The notes: a model not told the origin generated them from the sequence alone. 64,000 nt of DNA from Chrysomallon squamiferum (GCA_012295275.1 CM022678.1:4588001-4652000), one strand, 5' to 3'. Shown: positions 27,345-42,164, counted from the first letter of the stretch. Made by a program: numbers and translations.

Positions 27345-29282
27345 TCTAGCCTCGTTTTGATCTAGTAATCGAAAAATGTTTTAAATTATTAATGACAGCA
27401 AATACTGTATTTAGAGTAACTGATTGAAATTAAAATAAATAATCACTTTTAAATAATACATAGGTTGTTGTTCGTGTTATGTTTCACGGGATTTGTGCTG
27501 ATTTACAGAACAATGCTCTTCATCATGATCATTGGTCTGCTACTACTGAACCGAAGAGATTTAAATCGAATAAAACAATTCGTACGTCCATTACTTTTGA
27601 TATACTTCTATAAATCTATAATACTTAATGAATTACATTTTAATTCCAGTGTGAAAAACAATATTTGTACTGAAAGTTTGGGAAAACAAGTGCTCATTGA
27701 ATATATATATCTTCTCGTTTTACTGCTCTGTCTATTATCGTTTTATTTTATTTTTATTCAGTAGTAACCTAATGAAAAATTTACTTTATACTCGAATATC
27801 AAGAGAAAACAAGTTTGAAATAATGGACCTTTATCTTTGTATGTATACATATTTTTTTTATGTACGTGTGTATCTATAAACGCATGAATGAGTATATTTA
27901 TTCAAGTGTAAGTTTACTGTTACTGTTGTCAGTGCAAAACGTGATACCACAAATTATAATATACTGCCGATGTAGAGTAGAGAAATGGTGACACAAACCG
28001 TCCAATTAAAAAGTAAAAAAGTGAAGTGTTATTCTACGGGTACTGACGTGTAACCAGTTTGTTCAGTCGCTGTTATTTATTTATGTAATTTGTACTCTAG
28101 AGACTGATTCGATATCTTCTGAATGTGAGCTATCGATTTATAACTTTCTAACAGATAAAAGGTGGAATAAAGTAATAAATATTTAATCTTTGTTTGGCGA
28201 CTCTCCAGTACTAATATTACTGTTTGTTATTAAAGATGGATTCTGTAAAGTTAATATAATACATAACACAGTGTCGCGGATTTCTAAGATGCTTATTATA
28301 ACTCGTAATGTTTGTTTGTGGTGTAACTGTGTTTTCAGTTCTGTAATCAATTCATTTTATTAATCGAGTTGATTTATAAGTCTTGCGGCTATGTTTATAA
28401 GCAAAGTGATTTGCCGATGGATATAGGTTTGTTTCGTCATGGAAGAATGTGGTAAGATGTTGTTTTCTTATTCTGAGACGGTGTAATGTCTAATTAAACT
28501 GTCTCAGTAACAATTATGAAGTTTAACTTGTTAAATCTCGCCTTCGAGAAGAATCTTATTTTTATATTGGTTCCCCGCTGATGTTAAGTCACTTTCTCAC
28601 ACAAGATATTCAAATATATTTTATCATAATTTATAATATCGATTATCGTTATGTTTCTTGTGATTAAATAGTAAATGTATAATAATTTGTTTTTCGCTTA
28701 TTTCTGTACTGCATTTATAGAACTGGTTTATACAGTTTATAAATTCCTTGTCACAGGACCATTAATTAAAAACATCTAGTTAACTGCTAGACTGAGGCGC
28801 GTTGAAATACAGCAGATGTTTGATCAAACTGGACCCATGTTGAAGATAATTCAATTTCTACTACGAGACATCATCAAACACTTTTTTGAATGATAATACT
28901 CGGTTTACATTTAACACATAGTTGTAATTATTCCAGTTATTTTAGTAAGTATTAATGTACAGATTGTTCTAACTAAACAGTTTCATTCCTTCACTTTACG
29001 ACATGTTTGATAACGTGATATCCACACTTTGCTAGAGAAAATTAGTATCTTTAGACACTGATTTTCGAAACACTGAGTCCTCTGCTACGATAAAAAAATA
29101 AATAAATAAATAAATAAATAAAACAAGTGAATCAGAGCATAAAAATTTATTAATTAAATTTCAAAGGTCAATGAAAGCGAGTCAACTCCACAGTGATCGT
29201 TATTTTTCTATGTCTCTACGATTAGTATTCTGACACAGATCTCTGACATTAATCGGTCCATATATTTTGTAATTAATATGGA
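27345..29282. repeat. Intergenic spacer S, one of three paralogous copies (also ~36173-38071 and ~52307-54060)
   Basis: Long colinear near-identity by eye; paralogous spurious ORFs at 27465, 36290 and 52424. Confidence 0.9.
29146..29151 (-). other. Probable polyadenylation signal AATAAA of copy 2
   Basis: Lies 132 nt past the stop. Equivalent sites at 37935-37940, 53924-53929 and 42861-42866 lie 132-134 nt past the stops of copies 4, 7 and 5. Confidence 0.55.
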
Positions 29283-30214
29283 CTATGGGACAATCTCAGA
29301 TGGTCTTATTTTCATAACTGCTCCTTTTAGTGGTTGAAACCATCGTTTTCTCCATGGATACCACCAAACTGATGTCTTATTACCCACCGTTGCATATGTA
29401 TACAGTCCATTTAGATTGGAGAGAGAACAACTGTTGTACCACCAAGCTCCTTTATGGTATACAGCACAGTTCGCATCTGACCTGTCCAGATCTTTGTCTT
29501 TTGTAGTGAAATAATAGCCATTTAGATATGACAGACCATCACCTGAAAAACAGTGATTAAAATCATTTTATTATCTACATGTTATTTAGGCTCTACACTA
29601 ATACAAGAAAATACCAACTTCTGTCTCTACATAATAGAAAACCAAAATATATCAATGTACATTTCTACTGAATATGTGAGCATTAAAATAAATTCATATT
29701 TTTTTAACAAGTTATTAACGAGTTAGCTGTGTTACCACTTTTATGTTTATCTGTCCGTCCATCCGTAATGAAAACTTATAAAAGATAGTCTGTCTTATAG
29801 TAAAATCCAGAATAACTGCATCATCACTATTAGTACTACTATTATTACAACAACAACAACAAGAATGGTTACTAATAATAATGAAGCCAATAATAATAAA
29901 AAGGAGAAGGTGAAAAAAATTAAATGAAAAAAAAAAAAAAAAAAGAAGAAGAAAAATGAAAAAACCCAGTAATGGAAAGTTAACAGCACCTATTATGAAA
30001 GTAAATGATAAGAAAAACGTAATATTGTTATGAACGCATGTACCAGCAGTTCCACTGTAATTGGCTACTGACAACTGGAAATTCTCTTCTTCTCCTGCTA
30101 TGGAGAAATTCTTGTAGGAGGCGTAGCTCGTGTTCCCTTCAAAATCTTCTAAATCTACCCTCAGTTCATAAAGTCCTTTAGTAGTCAGTCTGTGAATATT
30201 CGTGTTACCTAACG

Positions 30215-30289
<75 letters not shown>

Positions 30290-31127
30290 GTAACAATGAT
30301 GTGATGATGATGATGATATCAACACGAACAACGATACTTCTGTTGGAACAAATGTGACACAAAATACGAATATAAGTTATATTTTCATTAAAAAAACATT
30401 TGTCTATTTCAGTATTCATTTGCATCAATCGGCAGTCTTTCTAAAAGATAATCAGGTTTAAACATACCCAGCCAGAACTCATTGCGTAAATTTCCGAAAC
30501 CGTTTTTGTATTCATTCCAAGTTCTGTAGAAATCTTCCGATCCGTCAGTTCTTCTCTGTAAAACCTCATTAAATAAGGAAACAGGTGAGTATGAACTTAA
30601 ATTGCGCAGTCTTGTACAAATCGTCATATGATGGCGAGATATTAAACAATATAAATAAACACATACATACATATATACATCAAGTAACAAAGAAAGAAAA
30701 CAAAAGAAACAAATATAACAATTTATTGAATGATCAGTTAATTAAGAAGCAGAAACTGTGACAACAAATCTCCGAATCTGGCGAAATACCAAGCCATAAA
30801 AGATATTTGTTTCACAATTTAACTTACTGTACACAAACTTTTACCTGACAGGGTTATTATAAGTGTTTAGAAGTCTGCGGATATATTTCTGAGTGTGTTT
30901 TTGTGTATATAAAATATTCCTGACTTACCAACCATCCTCCATTACTAATCTCACAGTAGACACTGATTGGTTGCCCAGCGTCATCTGGCTGAACAAAATA
31001 AATCCCATCAGTCTGAACTCCTCTCTTCATGACATCGTAACAGTCACCAACTACAACATCTGTACAGAGAAATCAGTGTATTCTGAACAAAATATTTCAA
31101 GATAAATACAAACATATAATAATAATA

Positions 31128-31164
<37 letters not shown>

Positions 31165-31297
31165 TAATAACAATATAATAATAATAATCATAATTATAAT
31201 AATAATAATAATCATGATGATAATAATAACAGTAATAATAATAATAATAATAAAATAATAATAGTAATAATAGTAATAATAATAATAACAAAAATAA

Positions 31298-31332
<35 letters not shown>

Positions 31333-31378
31333 GTAATAATAATCATGATGATAATAATAACAGTAACAATAATAATAA

Positions 31379-31409
<31 letters not shown>

Positions 31410-31842
31410 AAGAAGAAGAAGAAGAAGAAGAAGAAGAACAAGAAGAAGAACAAGAAGAACAAGAAGACATAAATTAGGAAGACGACAAACGCAATCGAGA
31501 AATGTTATCAAAGAAAGATAATAATTTACCGAAACGTCGCATTCCCGAATAATTTTCAAACGTTGAACGAAAAACATCTTCACCGTATAACAAACAATTG
31601 TTGTCAGTGGTCGAATAGAAAATACTTCGACAGTCGGAAAGGCGATAACACTGTATAGCACACTCTAATCGTGTTGACGTTGCCATTTCTTTTATGCCTT
31701 GGATGTTGGGTTTCACGTTCTGAAACAATCGTGATTCACGAAAGAAAGTTTGTACGGAGCCAGAAGCGGGACAGACATCTGAGGAAGCTGTTGTCTTAAA
31801 CAGGATGAAAATAATGACTACAAAGTCCTTCAGGAGAAGCAT
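29283..31842 (-). CDS. PAN/Apple-FReD gene copy 2, intact, 321 aa
   Basis: Exons 31842-31530 (313), 31059-30929 (131), 30564-30468 (97), 30208-30044 (165) and 29542-29283 (260) sum to 966 nt in an open frame. C-terminus [48 protein letters not shown]...[11 protein letters not shown] is a typical FReD. Alternative in-frame ATG at 31863. Confidence 0.9.
31117..31467. repeat. Compound (AAT)n/(AAG)n microsatellite in intron 1 of copy 2
   Basis: Direct reading. Confidence 0.95.
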
Positions 31843-32916
31843 TTTAGAAGTCAGAGAAATCATACTTGACGTGGTCTTTCTCGTTTTCTTTGTGCTCTTT
31901 TTAAGAGAAATCACACTGTTGTTGTCCTTGTCGTCTTCACGGCAGTTGTGAGCTGGCTAACTGAGCCTATGTTATTATGTCATCAGTTTTTAATGTATAT
32001 AAACTGAAGAGGACAATCAACATTATTAAAATGCAAAAGGTAGATTACCTTATTCAACTGATTCACTCATGTGTTAATGGAAGATTAATTTAATACGAAA
32101 CACCGAGGTTTCATTCGAAAGAGGATTATGTATTTTTAATTTGTAAAACAAAATCAATAACTGACAACAGAAACAGTAAATTTGCACTTGAATAAATATT
32201 CTGTTACATGCATTTATACATACATACCAACACCGAAAACATCTATACATATGCAAATAAAGGTGCTCTATTTCAAACATGCTTTCTCTCGATGTTTAAG
32301 GTAAATTTTAAATTAGCTTACTACTGGAGAAAAAAAAAGGAGATAAAAATGGCGAATATCGATCTATTATTTCGTAATAGACAGAGCAATATAACGAGAA
32401 AATGTATCTTCAATGAAGTTTGGTTTTTCAATGCATTTAGAACAAAAAATTATTCAATATTTTAAAATACTGCAGTTAACTAGATTCACTCTGGAACTCA
32501 AATATGAATGAATCAATGCTTATTTTCTATTGGCCAATATCTCCTAATAAAATTATTGTTGATTTTCTTAGAAACTGACACTGGTCAACAGCAGTCTTTC
32601 TTCAGAAGTGTCATTATAGGAACATTCATTAAAGACCTATTCGTTCTCTGTATTGTTGTTTCAGTAAGAAAATTGTAAACATTTGTTTCCCTTGAATGAT
32701 ATTAAAACCAAATTCCCTTTACTTAGAAAAACTAAAATGTTTCACTTTTTCATGTCTACTTAATCAAAGACAGAGTGTGTTAGAGTGATGAAGCAAAGAC
32801 TAAAGTATTCTAGCAGAAAATGTTTCCGATAAAGCAGCGGTAAAAAAAAAAAAAAAAATACAGAGAAAGAAAGAAATTGTATGTAATGAGTAAGAAAATA
32901 AAGGCCAAGTGAAAAG

Positions 32917-32948
<32 letters not shown>

Positions 32949-34140
32949 AATAAAAAAATAATAACACCCATATTATTTCATCATTTTATATATTTTAACA
33001 AAATACTGAAAAGGGACACTTCACTAGAGTAAATAAATGAACATGAAGTAGCTCGTCTCTTAAGAAGAAAACAACAACACCAACTGACGCTTCAAGAACA
33101 ATGTCAAATATTTCTTCTGTGAAGATAATTTTTATCGTGTATGGCTCTCTGCTTCAGGAGAAGCAGATTAGAAGTCACAGAAATCATACTTGACGTGGTC
33201 TTTCTGATTTTCTTTGAGCTATTTTGGAAAGAAATCACACTGCTGTTGTTCTTGTCGTCTTCACGGCAGTTGTGAGCTGGCTAATTGATCCTATGTTATT
33301 ATCTTCTCAGTCTTTAATGTATATAAACTGAAGATGACAATCAACATTATTAAAATGCAAAAGGTAGATTACGTTATTCAACTGATTCACTCATGTGATA
33401 ATGGAAGATTAATTTAATTCGAAACACGCAGGTTTCATTCGAAAGAGGATTATGTATTTTTAATTTGTAAAACAAAATCAAGCACTGACAACAGCAACAG
33501 TAAATTTACACTTGAATAAATATGCTCATACATCCATTTATACATACATACCAACACCGAGAACATATATACATATGTAAATAAAGGTGTTCTATTTCAA
33601 ACATGCTTTCTCTCGATGTTTCAGAACAATGTAAATTTTAAATTAGTTTTCTCCTGAAGAAAAAAAAGGAGATAACAAATGGCGAATATCGATGTATTAT
33701 TCCGTAATAGAGCAATACAACGAGAAAATGTGTCTTAAATGATCTTTGGTTTTTCAATGCATTTGGAACAAAAAAATTATTCAATATTTTAAAATACTAC
33801 AGTTAACTAGATTCACTCTGGAATTGATAATATGAATCAATGCTTAATTTGTATTGGCGAATGTCTTCCAATAATATTATTATTGATTCTCTTAGAATCT
33901 CACACTGGTCAACAACAGTCTTTCTTCAGAAGTGTCATCAAAGGAACATTCATTAAAGACGTATTCGTTCTCTGTATTATTGTTTCAGGAAGAAAATTGT
34001 AAATATCTGTATCCCTTGAATGATATTAAAACCAAATCCCCTTTACTTAGAAAAATTAAATGTTTCACTTTTTCATGTCTACTTAATCAAAGACATGGTG
34101 TGTTAGAGTGATGAAGCATAGAATAAAGTATTCTAGCAAA
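31826..34140. repeat. Upstream block T of MLLLKDF-type genes (31826-33150), partly re-duplicated at 33153-34140; paralog at ~56486-57765
   Basis: Colinear similarity. The 33153 copy keeps only the first few codons of exon 1, with the conserved ATG altered (AGAAGCAG vs AGAAGCAT). Confidence 0.85.
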
Positions 34141-34238
34141 ACATGGATATTAAAAAAGACATAAAATTAAACATGATGGTCAAATTTAGGCAAGATTCCA
34201 GATTGATGAGTTTTTGCATCCGATCTGTTCTCTTCAAA

Positions 34239-34523
34239 CTACAGCAGAATCTTAGATGATCTTATTTTCATGACAGTTCTTTTCTTTCAATGTCTTCTAG
34301 AAAGTGGAGTGGACCATTTGCATGGATGCCACCAAACCAACGTTTCATCAGTCTTATTTGTATCATACACCCCATTTAAATTGGAATATGTCCAATATCT
34401 GTACCATCAGCCACCTTTAAATTTTTCAGTGCAGTTGATAGATTCCCGAGCCACTTCTTTGTCTTTTGCACTGAAGTTACAATCGCTATGTATTTGGAGA
34501 CTATCACCTAAAATACAGTCATT

Positions 34524-34579
<56 letters not shown>

Positions 34580-34649
34580 TTGTGTTTGTGTGTATGCATG
34601 TAGGTTTTCACACACATACTCATATAATCAGAGAGAGAGGCAGTGATAT

Positions 34650-34690
<41 letters not shown>

Positions 34691-36035
34691 AGAAAAACAC
34701 ACACACACACACACACACACAAACATAAACACACATCTTATTTGCTGCCTTAAAGCACGTATCAGCCTATCTATATAACATGGTTAAAACAGGAAAATAT
34801 TTGTTTAATGCGTAGATGACTGTAACAAAACTGCGTATCTATCGATAAATTTAACATCTTTGGTTTCGAACGACAACCAAGACCGAAGCAATCAAAAAGA
34901 AAGCCAGTATCAAATATTATCAAAGTAAAACAAGAACGACCATACTTATGTTAGATGAAATGTGACACAAAATACGAATGTAAATTATATTTTCATTAGA
35001 AACATTTGTCTATTTCAGCATCCATTTGCATCAACCGGCCAGTCTTTCGACAAGGTAATCAGGTTTAAACATACCCAGCCATAACTCATTGTTTAAATTT
35101 CCGAAACCGTCTTTGTATTCATTCCAAGTTCTGTAGAAATCTTCCGATCCGTCACTCCTTCTCAGAAATAACTGAATCAGTATTGAAGAAAGACTAAACT
35201 ATAAGACAATATAAGCTGCGATTATAATCTAGTCGAACCTAATTAAGGGTCTCAGGATAAAAATTTATTTTCTATATCTACGTAAACCGTTATTTTATAG
35301 ATTCATTATCTTTATCTGTCTTTAAATCTGTGTGTTAGGCAGCATTGCCATTACTGATTTCACAATAGACACTGATTGGCTGTCCGCCGTCACGTGATTG
35401 TACCAAATAAACTCTGTCAGTCTGAATTCCTTTCTTCACGACTTCGTAGCAGTCTGCAGGTACGTCGTTTTCAACATCTGTAAAGTGAATTCAGTGTAAT
35501 CTGAGTAAATCTTTGAATCTAATTTTTTTTATTTAAAACGCAATAATAATAATAATAATAATAATAAAAATAATAATAATAATGATATTCATGACAACTG
35601 CAGGTACGTCTTTTTCAACGTCTGTAAACTGAATTCAGTTTATTCTCGGTAAATATTTATATCTAAAATGTGAACACGTAAGAAGAAAAAGAAAAGGAAG
35701 CAAATATATTTTAATAATCTGCCGAAACGTCGCATTCCCGTATAATTTTCTCAGACTGAATGAAAAACATCGTCACCGTACAACAAACAATCGTGGTCAG
35801 TGGTCGAATAGAAAATACTTCGGCAGCCGGGACCATGAGAGCAATTTACTGCACATTGGAATCTTCCTCAGGTTCTCATTTGTTTCAAACTTTGTGATTT
35901 AGGTTTTACATCTCGAAACAGTGATGATTCCTGGAAATTGGTTTCAACGTTGCCAGAAGCTGAACAAACTTCTGAGGCAGACGTGGAGTCAAACAGGATG
36001 GAAGGCGTAAGAGATATGTACTTCATAGACGTCAT
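34239..36035 (-). pseudogene. PAN/Apple-FReD copy 3, pseudogene
   Basis: Exon 1 (36035-35723) has TGA at 35870-35868 and 35753-35751 and a GC donor. Exon 2 (35477-35348) lacks its 3' end and donor. Exon 3 is 35171-35075. Exon 4 is absent. Exon 5 (34507-34239) has two TGA stops. Confidence 0.9.
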
Positions 36036-38071
36036 ATTTGATGAAGTTTTTGTTGTCGTCTTCGAAGGTGTTATACTTACTATTCTTTTTTTCGTCCTTG
36101 GTGAAATAATGCTTGATCAAATTATGTCGTGTAGAAAATACACGAGAGACAGTATTGCGTTCACTGACAATTTCTAGCCTTGTTTTGTACTGGTAATCGA
36201 ACACTGTTTTAAATTAATAATGACAGCAAATACTGTATTTAGAGTAACTCATTGAAATTCAAGTGAACAGTGACTTTTAAATAATTAATATGTTGTTGTT
36301 CGTGTTATGTTTCACGAGAATTGAGCTGATATATACAATAATGCTCTTCATCAGGATCATTGGTCTGCGACTACTGAACCCAAGAGATCTAAATCGAATA
36401 AAACAATTCGTACGTCCATTACTTTTGATATATTTCTATATATCTATAATACTTAATGAATTACATTTTAATTCAAGTGTCAGAAACAATATTTATAATG
36501 AAAGTCTGGGAAAAGAAGCGTTTATTGCATATGTATTTTCTCGTTGTACTGCTCAGTCTATTATCGTTTAATTTACTTTGTTTCAGAAGTAACGTAATGA
36601 AAAATTTACTTTATGCTCGAATATCTAGTGAAAACAAGTTTGTATGTATACCTACTTTTTTATGTAGGTGTGTATCTGAAAACGCACGAATGAGTATATT
36701 TATTCAAGGGTAAGTTTACTGTTACTGTTGTCAGTGCAAAACATGATACAACAAATTAAGAATACTGCTGATGTAGATTACAGAAATGGTGACACAAACG
36801 TCCAATTAAAAGTAAGAAAGTTAAGTGTTATTCTAGGGGAACTGACGTGTAACCAGTTTGTTCAGTCGCTGTTATTTATTTATGTAATATGTACTCTAGA
36901 GAGTGATTCGATAACTTCTGAAATCGAGATTTCGATTTATAACTGTTTAACAAATAAAAGGTGCAATGAACTAATAAATGTTTCATGTTTGTTTGGCGAA
37001 TCTCTAGCACTAAGATTGCTGTTTATTATTAAAGATAGATTCTATAAAGTTAATAACAAAGCGTCGCGGAATTCTAAGATGCTTATTATAACTCGTCATG
37101 TTGATTAATGGTGTAACTGTGTTTTCAGTTCTGTAATCAATTCATTTTATTATTCGACTTGATTTAAAAGGCTTGCATCTATGTTTAGAAGCAAAGTGAT
37201 CGGCCGATCGATATACGTTTGTTTCATCATGGACGAATGTGTTGTTTTCTTATTCAGAGAGGGTCTAACTAAACTGTCTGAGTAACAATTATGAAGTTTA
37301 ATTTGTTAAATCTCTCCATCGAGAAGAATCTTCTTTTTATATTGGTTCCCCGGCTGATGTTAACTCACTTTCTCACTTAAGATATTCAATTATATTTTAT
37401 CATAATTTGTGGTATCGCTTATCATTATCTTTCTCGTGATTAAATAGTAAATGTACCTTAATTTCTGTTTTGCTTATTTCTGTAGTGCATTTGTAGAACT
37501 GGTTTATACAGTTTATAAATTCCTTGTCGGATGACCATTAATTAAAAACATGTTGTTGACTGCTAGACTGAGTCGTGTTCAAATACAGCAGATGTTTGAG
37601 CAAACTGGACCCATGTTGAAGATAATTAAATTTCTACTACGAGTCATCGTGAAACACTTTTTGAATGATAATAATCGGTCTACATTTAATACGTGGTTGT
37701 AATTATTCCTGTTATTTTAGTAAGTATTAATGTTCTATTGTTTTGGGTAAAGGCAAAGAGGCACGTACAGATTGTTCTAACTGAATAGTTTCATTCATTC
37801 ACTTTACGAGATGTTTGATCTCGTGATATCCACACTTTGCTAGAGAAAATTAGCATCTTTAGCAACCGATTTTCGAAACACTGCTATGATAACAAAAAAT
37901 AAGTAAATAAAACAAATGAATTACAGCACAAAGATTTATTAATTAAATTTCAAAGCTCAATGAAAGCGAGTCAACTCCACTTTGGTCGTTATTTTTCTAT
38001 GTCTCTACGATTAGTTTTCTGACACAATTCTCTCACATGAATCTGTTCACATGTTTTGTAATTAATCCGGA

Positions 38072-39067
38072 CTATGGCACGATCTTGAATGGTCTTATTT
38101 TCATAACTGCTCCTTTTAGTGGTTGATACCATCGTTTTCTCCATGGATACCACCAAACTGAAGTATATTCAGCCTTCGTTCCATTTTTGTACATTCCATT
38201 TAGACTGGAGTGAGAACAACTGTAGAACCACCAACCTGCTTTATAGTCTAAAGCACAGTTCCACTGATATGTGTCCCTATCTTTGTCTTTCGTGCTGAAA
38301 TAAGAGCCACTTTGAACTGACAGACCATCACCTGAAAAATAGTGATTAATAAACATTTTGTTAGCTACATGTTATTTAGGCTATACACTAATTTAAGAAA
38401 ATCACTACTTCTCTATGTGAATAATAATAAAAAATATAAATATCAATATACATTTTTACTGAATATGTTAGTATTAAAATGAATATATATTTCTAAATAA
38501 GTTATTAACGAGTTAACTGTGTTACCACTTTTCTGTTTCTTTGTCTATCCATCCGTAATGAAATCTTAAATAAAATAATCTGTCTTATAATAACAACCAT
38601 AATAACTGCATCATCACTATTACTCCTACTAATATTATTACAACAGCAACAACAAAAACAACAACAATGGCTAATAATAATAATAATAATACTGCCAATA
38701 ATAATATGAAGGAGAAGGTGAAATAAAATGAATCTGACGAAAAAAATAAGAAGAAGAAGAAAGAGAAGAAAAAACAGTAATCGAAAGTTAACATCACATA
38801 TTATCAAAGTAAATGATAAGAAAAAAGTAATATTATTATGAACACATGTACCAGTAGTTCCACTGTAATCGGCTACTGACAACTGGACATTCTTTTCTTC
38901 TCCTGCTATCGAGAAATTCTTGTAGGAGGCGTAGGCCGAGTATCCTGCAAAATCTTCTAAATCTACCTTCAGTTCATAAAGTCCTTGAGAAGTCAGTCTG
39001 TTAATATTCGTGTTACATAATAATAACAATAATAATAAAAACAATAACAACAACAACAACAACAACC

Positions 39068-39100
<33 letters not shown>

Positions 39101-39902
39101 GTGTTGAAAACACTGATGATAGTGATAGGTTTAGGAGACAATTGCAAAGTTTGTGAAAATGTTACACAAAATGAATGAATAATTAAACTGATTTAAAACT
39201 GATATGTGCATTCACTAACGGTTCCTGTTATCAAACAAGCAACAACGTTACAACATACCCAACCAGAACTCACTGATTAAATTTTCGAAACCGTCTTTAT
39301 ATTCATTCCAAGTTCTGTAGAAATCTTCCGATCCGTCAGTCCTCCGCTGAAAAACCTGAATCATAATTTAGAAACAATTTGCTATAGCGTAAAGCAAAAA
39401 GTGATCATAATCTTGTCCTTGTCTATTAATATCCCCAATACCCCCACAAAATAAGAATCATTTTCTAACATGTAGATACACTGGGACAGATACATTACTT
39501 GTGTCTGTATAACTCTGACTCTGTGTGTGTCTTTTCGTGTGCATATGCATGTATATATATATATATCTCGAGATGTATCTGACTTACCAGCCATCCTGCA
39601 TTACTAATTTCACAATAGACACTGATTGGCTGTCCGCCGTCACGAGATGTTACCAAGTAAACACCGTCAGTCTGAAATCCTTTCTTCACGACATCGTAAC
39701 AATCAGCACGTACAACATCTGTAAAGAGAAATCAGTGTATTCTGAACAAAATATTTGTAGGTAAATATAAACATGTAATAATAATAATAATAGTAATAGT
39801 AATATTCACGACATCGTAACAGTCTGCAGGTACATCGTTTTCAACATGCTCAATATCTGTCAATGGAGCTTGTATATTCTTGAAAAACACGAATATATTC
39901 TT

Positions 39903-39965
<63 letters not shown>

Positions 39966-40076
39966 CCCTGCACAATGAGCATCGATCTCCGTTTTGGAGT
40001 CTGATTTTCAATATTTATACTACTACTACTACTACTACTACTACTGCTGCTACTACTACTACTACTACTACTACTG

Positions 40077-40108
<32 letters not shown>

Positions 40109-40646
40109 GCTATAATAATAATAAATACAGTTGAGGTAATTAAAAAATAATAATAAAAATCTGTATGTCTAAGTAATTATTATTATTATTGAGTCCTGCA
40201 GAAAGAGCATCGAACCTCGTTTTGGAGTCTGATTTTCAATATTTATACTACTACTACTACTACTATAATAATAATAAATACAGTTGAGGAAATTAATAAA
40301 TAATAATAATAATCTGTATGTTTAAATAATTTACCGAAACGTCGCATTCCCGGATAATTTTTCAAGGCCGAATGGAAAACGTCTTCACCGTACAACAAAC
40401 AGACGTTGTCAGTGGTTGAATAGAAAATACTTCTGCAACCTGGACGATGATAGCAATTTACTGCACATAGTGATCTTCTTGGGTTGTCATATCTTTTAAA
40501 CTTGGTACCTTGGGTTTTACATCTCGAAATAGTGGTGATTCGTGGAAATTGGTTTCAGGTTTGCCAGAAGCTGGACAGAATTCTGTGGCAGCCGCGGACT
40601 CGAATATGAGGGAGATTAATAAGACGATGTTCTTTAGAAAAGACAT
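38072..40646 (-). pseudogene. PAN/Apple-FReD copy 4, probable pseudogene
   Basis: Exon 1 (40646-40335) is 312 nt, with a 1-nt deletion near 40478. Exon 2 is 39718-39588. Exon 3 (39355-39259) has GFG changed to GFE. Exon 4 (39016-38852) has its acceptor AG changed to AT. Exon 5 (38331-38072) is still open. Confidence 0.88.
39962..40330. repeat. Two-copy tandem duplication containing (TAC)n in intron 1 of copy 4
   Basis: GAGCATCGA..CGTTTTGGAGTCTGATTTTCAATATTTATAC(TAC)n...AAATACAGTTGAGG occurs twice. Confidence 0.85.
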
Positions 40647-41124
40647 ATTTCACATCTATGTTGTCCTCTTCTCAAATGTTATCCTTCACGTCGTAGTTTT
40701 CGTTTTCACTTAAGTTATTATACTGTTGTGACGTTTTCACTGGTTGAACTTGTAACAATTAACGTCGTCTTCAGAGAAGTTATACTGGACGTCGTTGTTG
40801 TCGTTTTGACTTGAAATTATGCTTGATGTCGTTGTTATCGTGAGCAGAATAAATGTGAGATAGTCACGTAGTCACTGATCATCTAGAGTTAGGCCTACTT
40901 AGTATAGACAAAAGAAAAGTTTTAAATTAATAATGAACAAAAATGAAGTATGGTATTCCCAGTGACGCTTAGAATAACAAATAAATGGTTATTTTGTTTT
41001 TAAATAATTGAAGTGTTGTTCTATATGCCATACACATAAGTGTTTCTAGGTGAATTAAAAGTACTTTTAAAATCGGAATATTCAAGGACATTTGTTACTA
41101 ATCATATGAGTCTGAACTGAAAGG

Positions 41125-41225
<101 letters not shown>

Positions 41226-41548
41226 TTCTTCCTCCATTATTGGTCTGTTTCCTTATGAGAAGTATTGATCAATGGCTAACGATTCCGATGACATTTAGAT
41301 CGATGTAAAATCATTCCTAAAATCATTTTATAATGAAGACTTTTTTTCTGGATATCTGAATATAGTGTAAGTTTCTATCGATTTCTTTAGATTCTATTTT
41401 CTAATTCCATATAGTTTCTAATCTTCTTCTTCGTCTTCTTCTGCTAATACTACTACTATTACTACTACTACTACTATTACTACTTCTACTACTAACATTT
41501 TTGTAATTTATTAATATACTTTACATTTATTGATATATATTTTAAATA

Positions 41549-41604
<56 letters not shown>

Positions 41605-41619
41605 CGTTATTATTATTAG

Positions 41620-41766
41620 GTAACACTAACATTGATTATCTGATTACTCTAGGATTTTATGACTTTAGATGAATTTGAAGATTACATGCGTCCTTCTATG
41701 AATATCTCTATAGCAGTGGAAGAAGACAAGAATTTCCAATTGCCTGAAAATAGTGTAATCGAACTG
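41620..41766 (+). pseudogene. Orphan degenerate FReD exon 4
   Basis: (TTA)n-tag|GT AAC ACT AAC ATT reads GNTNIDYLITLGFYDFR* ... ISIAVEEDKNFQL, on the strand opposite its neighbours. Confidence 0.75.
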
Positions 41767-42039
41767 GTAGTACAGATATTTTTAATTCCAATACTTTATT
41801 ATTATTACTATTACTTGGTAATTGATAATTTGATAATTTAGTTATTTATTTATTTTTTTAATCCATTTTCCTATTCGCTTTCCTCTTTTCGTTCATTTTG
41901 TTTTTTTCTCCTCTCGATCTTCATTTCTCTACCATGACCAGGCAGTTGAATCTAAATAAGGGTTATTTCCTTTCCTAAAATAGAGTATGTGTTTTTCCAT
42001 TTGCGTTGAATGAACATAAATAATAAAGTATTTTCTTTA

Positions 42040-42164
42040 AAGCCCGTCACCGATGTAAACATTGTAATAGAAGAATATAAACAACGAACGAATTAATTTC
42101 TTTGACGACATTTCTGTACAAACAGTAACAAAATAATGGCAGAAGCGATTCTCAGGGAAGACAT
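42040..42164 (-). pseudogene. Highly decayed exon-1 relic (signal peptide and PAN tail)
   Basis: ...TTATTSC-MSSLRIASAIILLLFV resembles ...[20 protein letters not shown]. It is followed by RSLFIFFYYNVYIGD, weakly like [17 protein letters not shown]. Confidence 0.4.

Noticed and set aside
30209-30467. Structure-mediated splicing by complementary repeats at both intron ends
   Set aside because: No complementary (TAA)n tract at the 5' end of intron 3.
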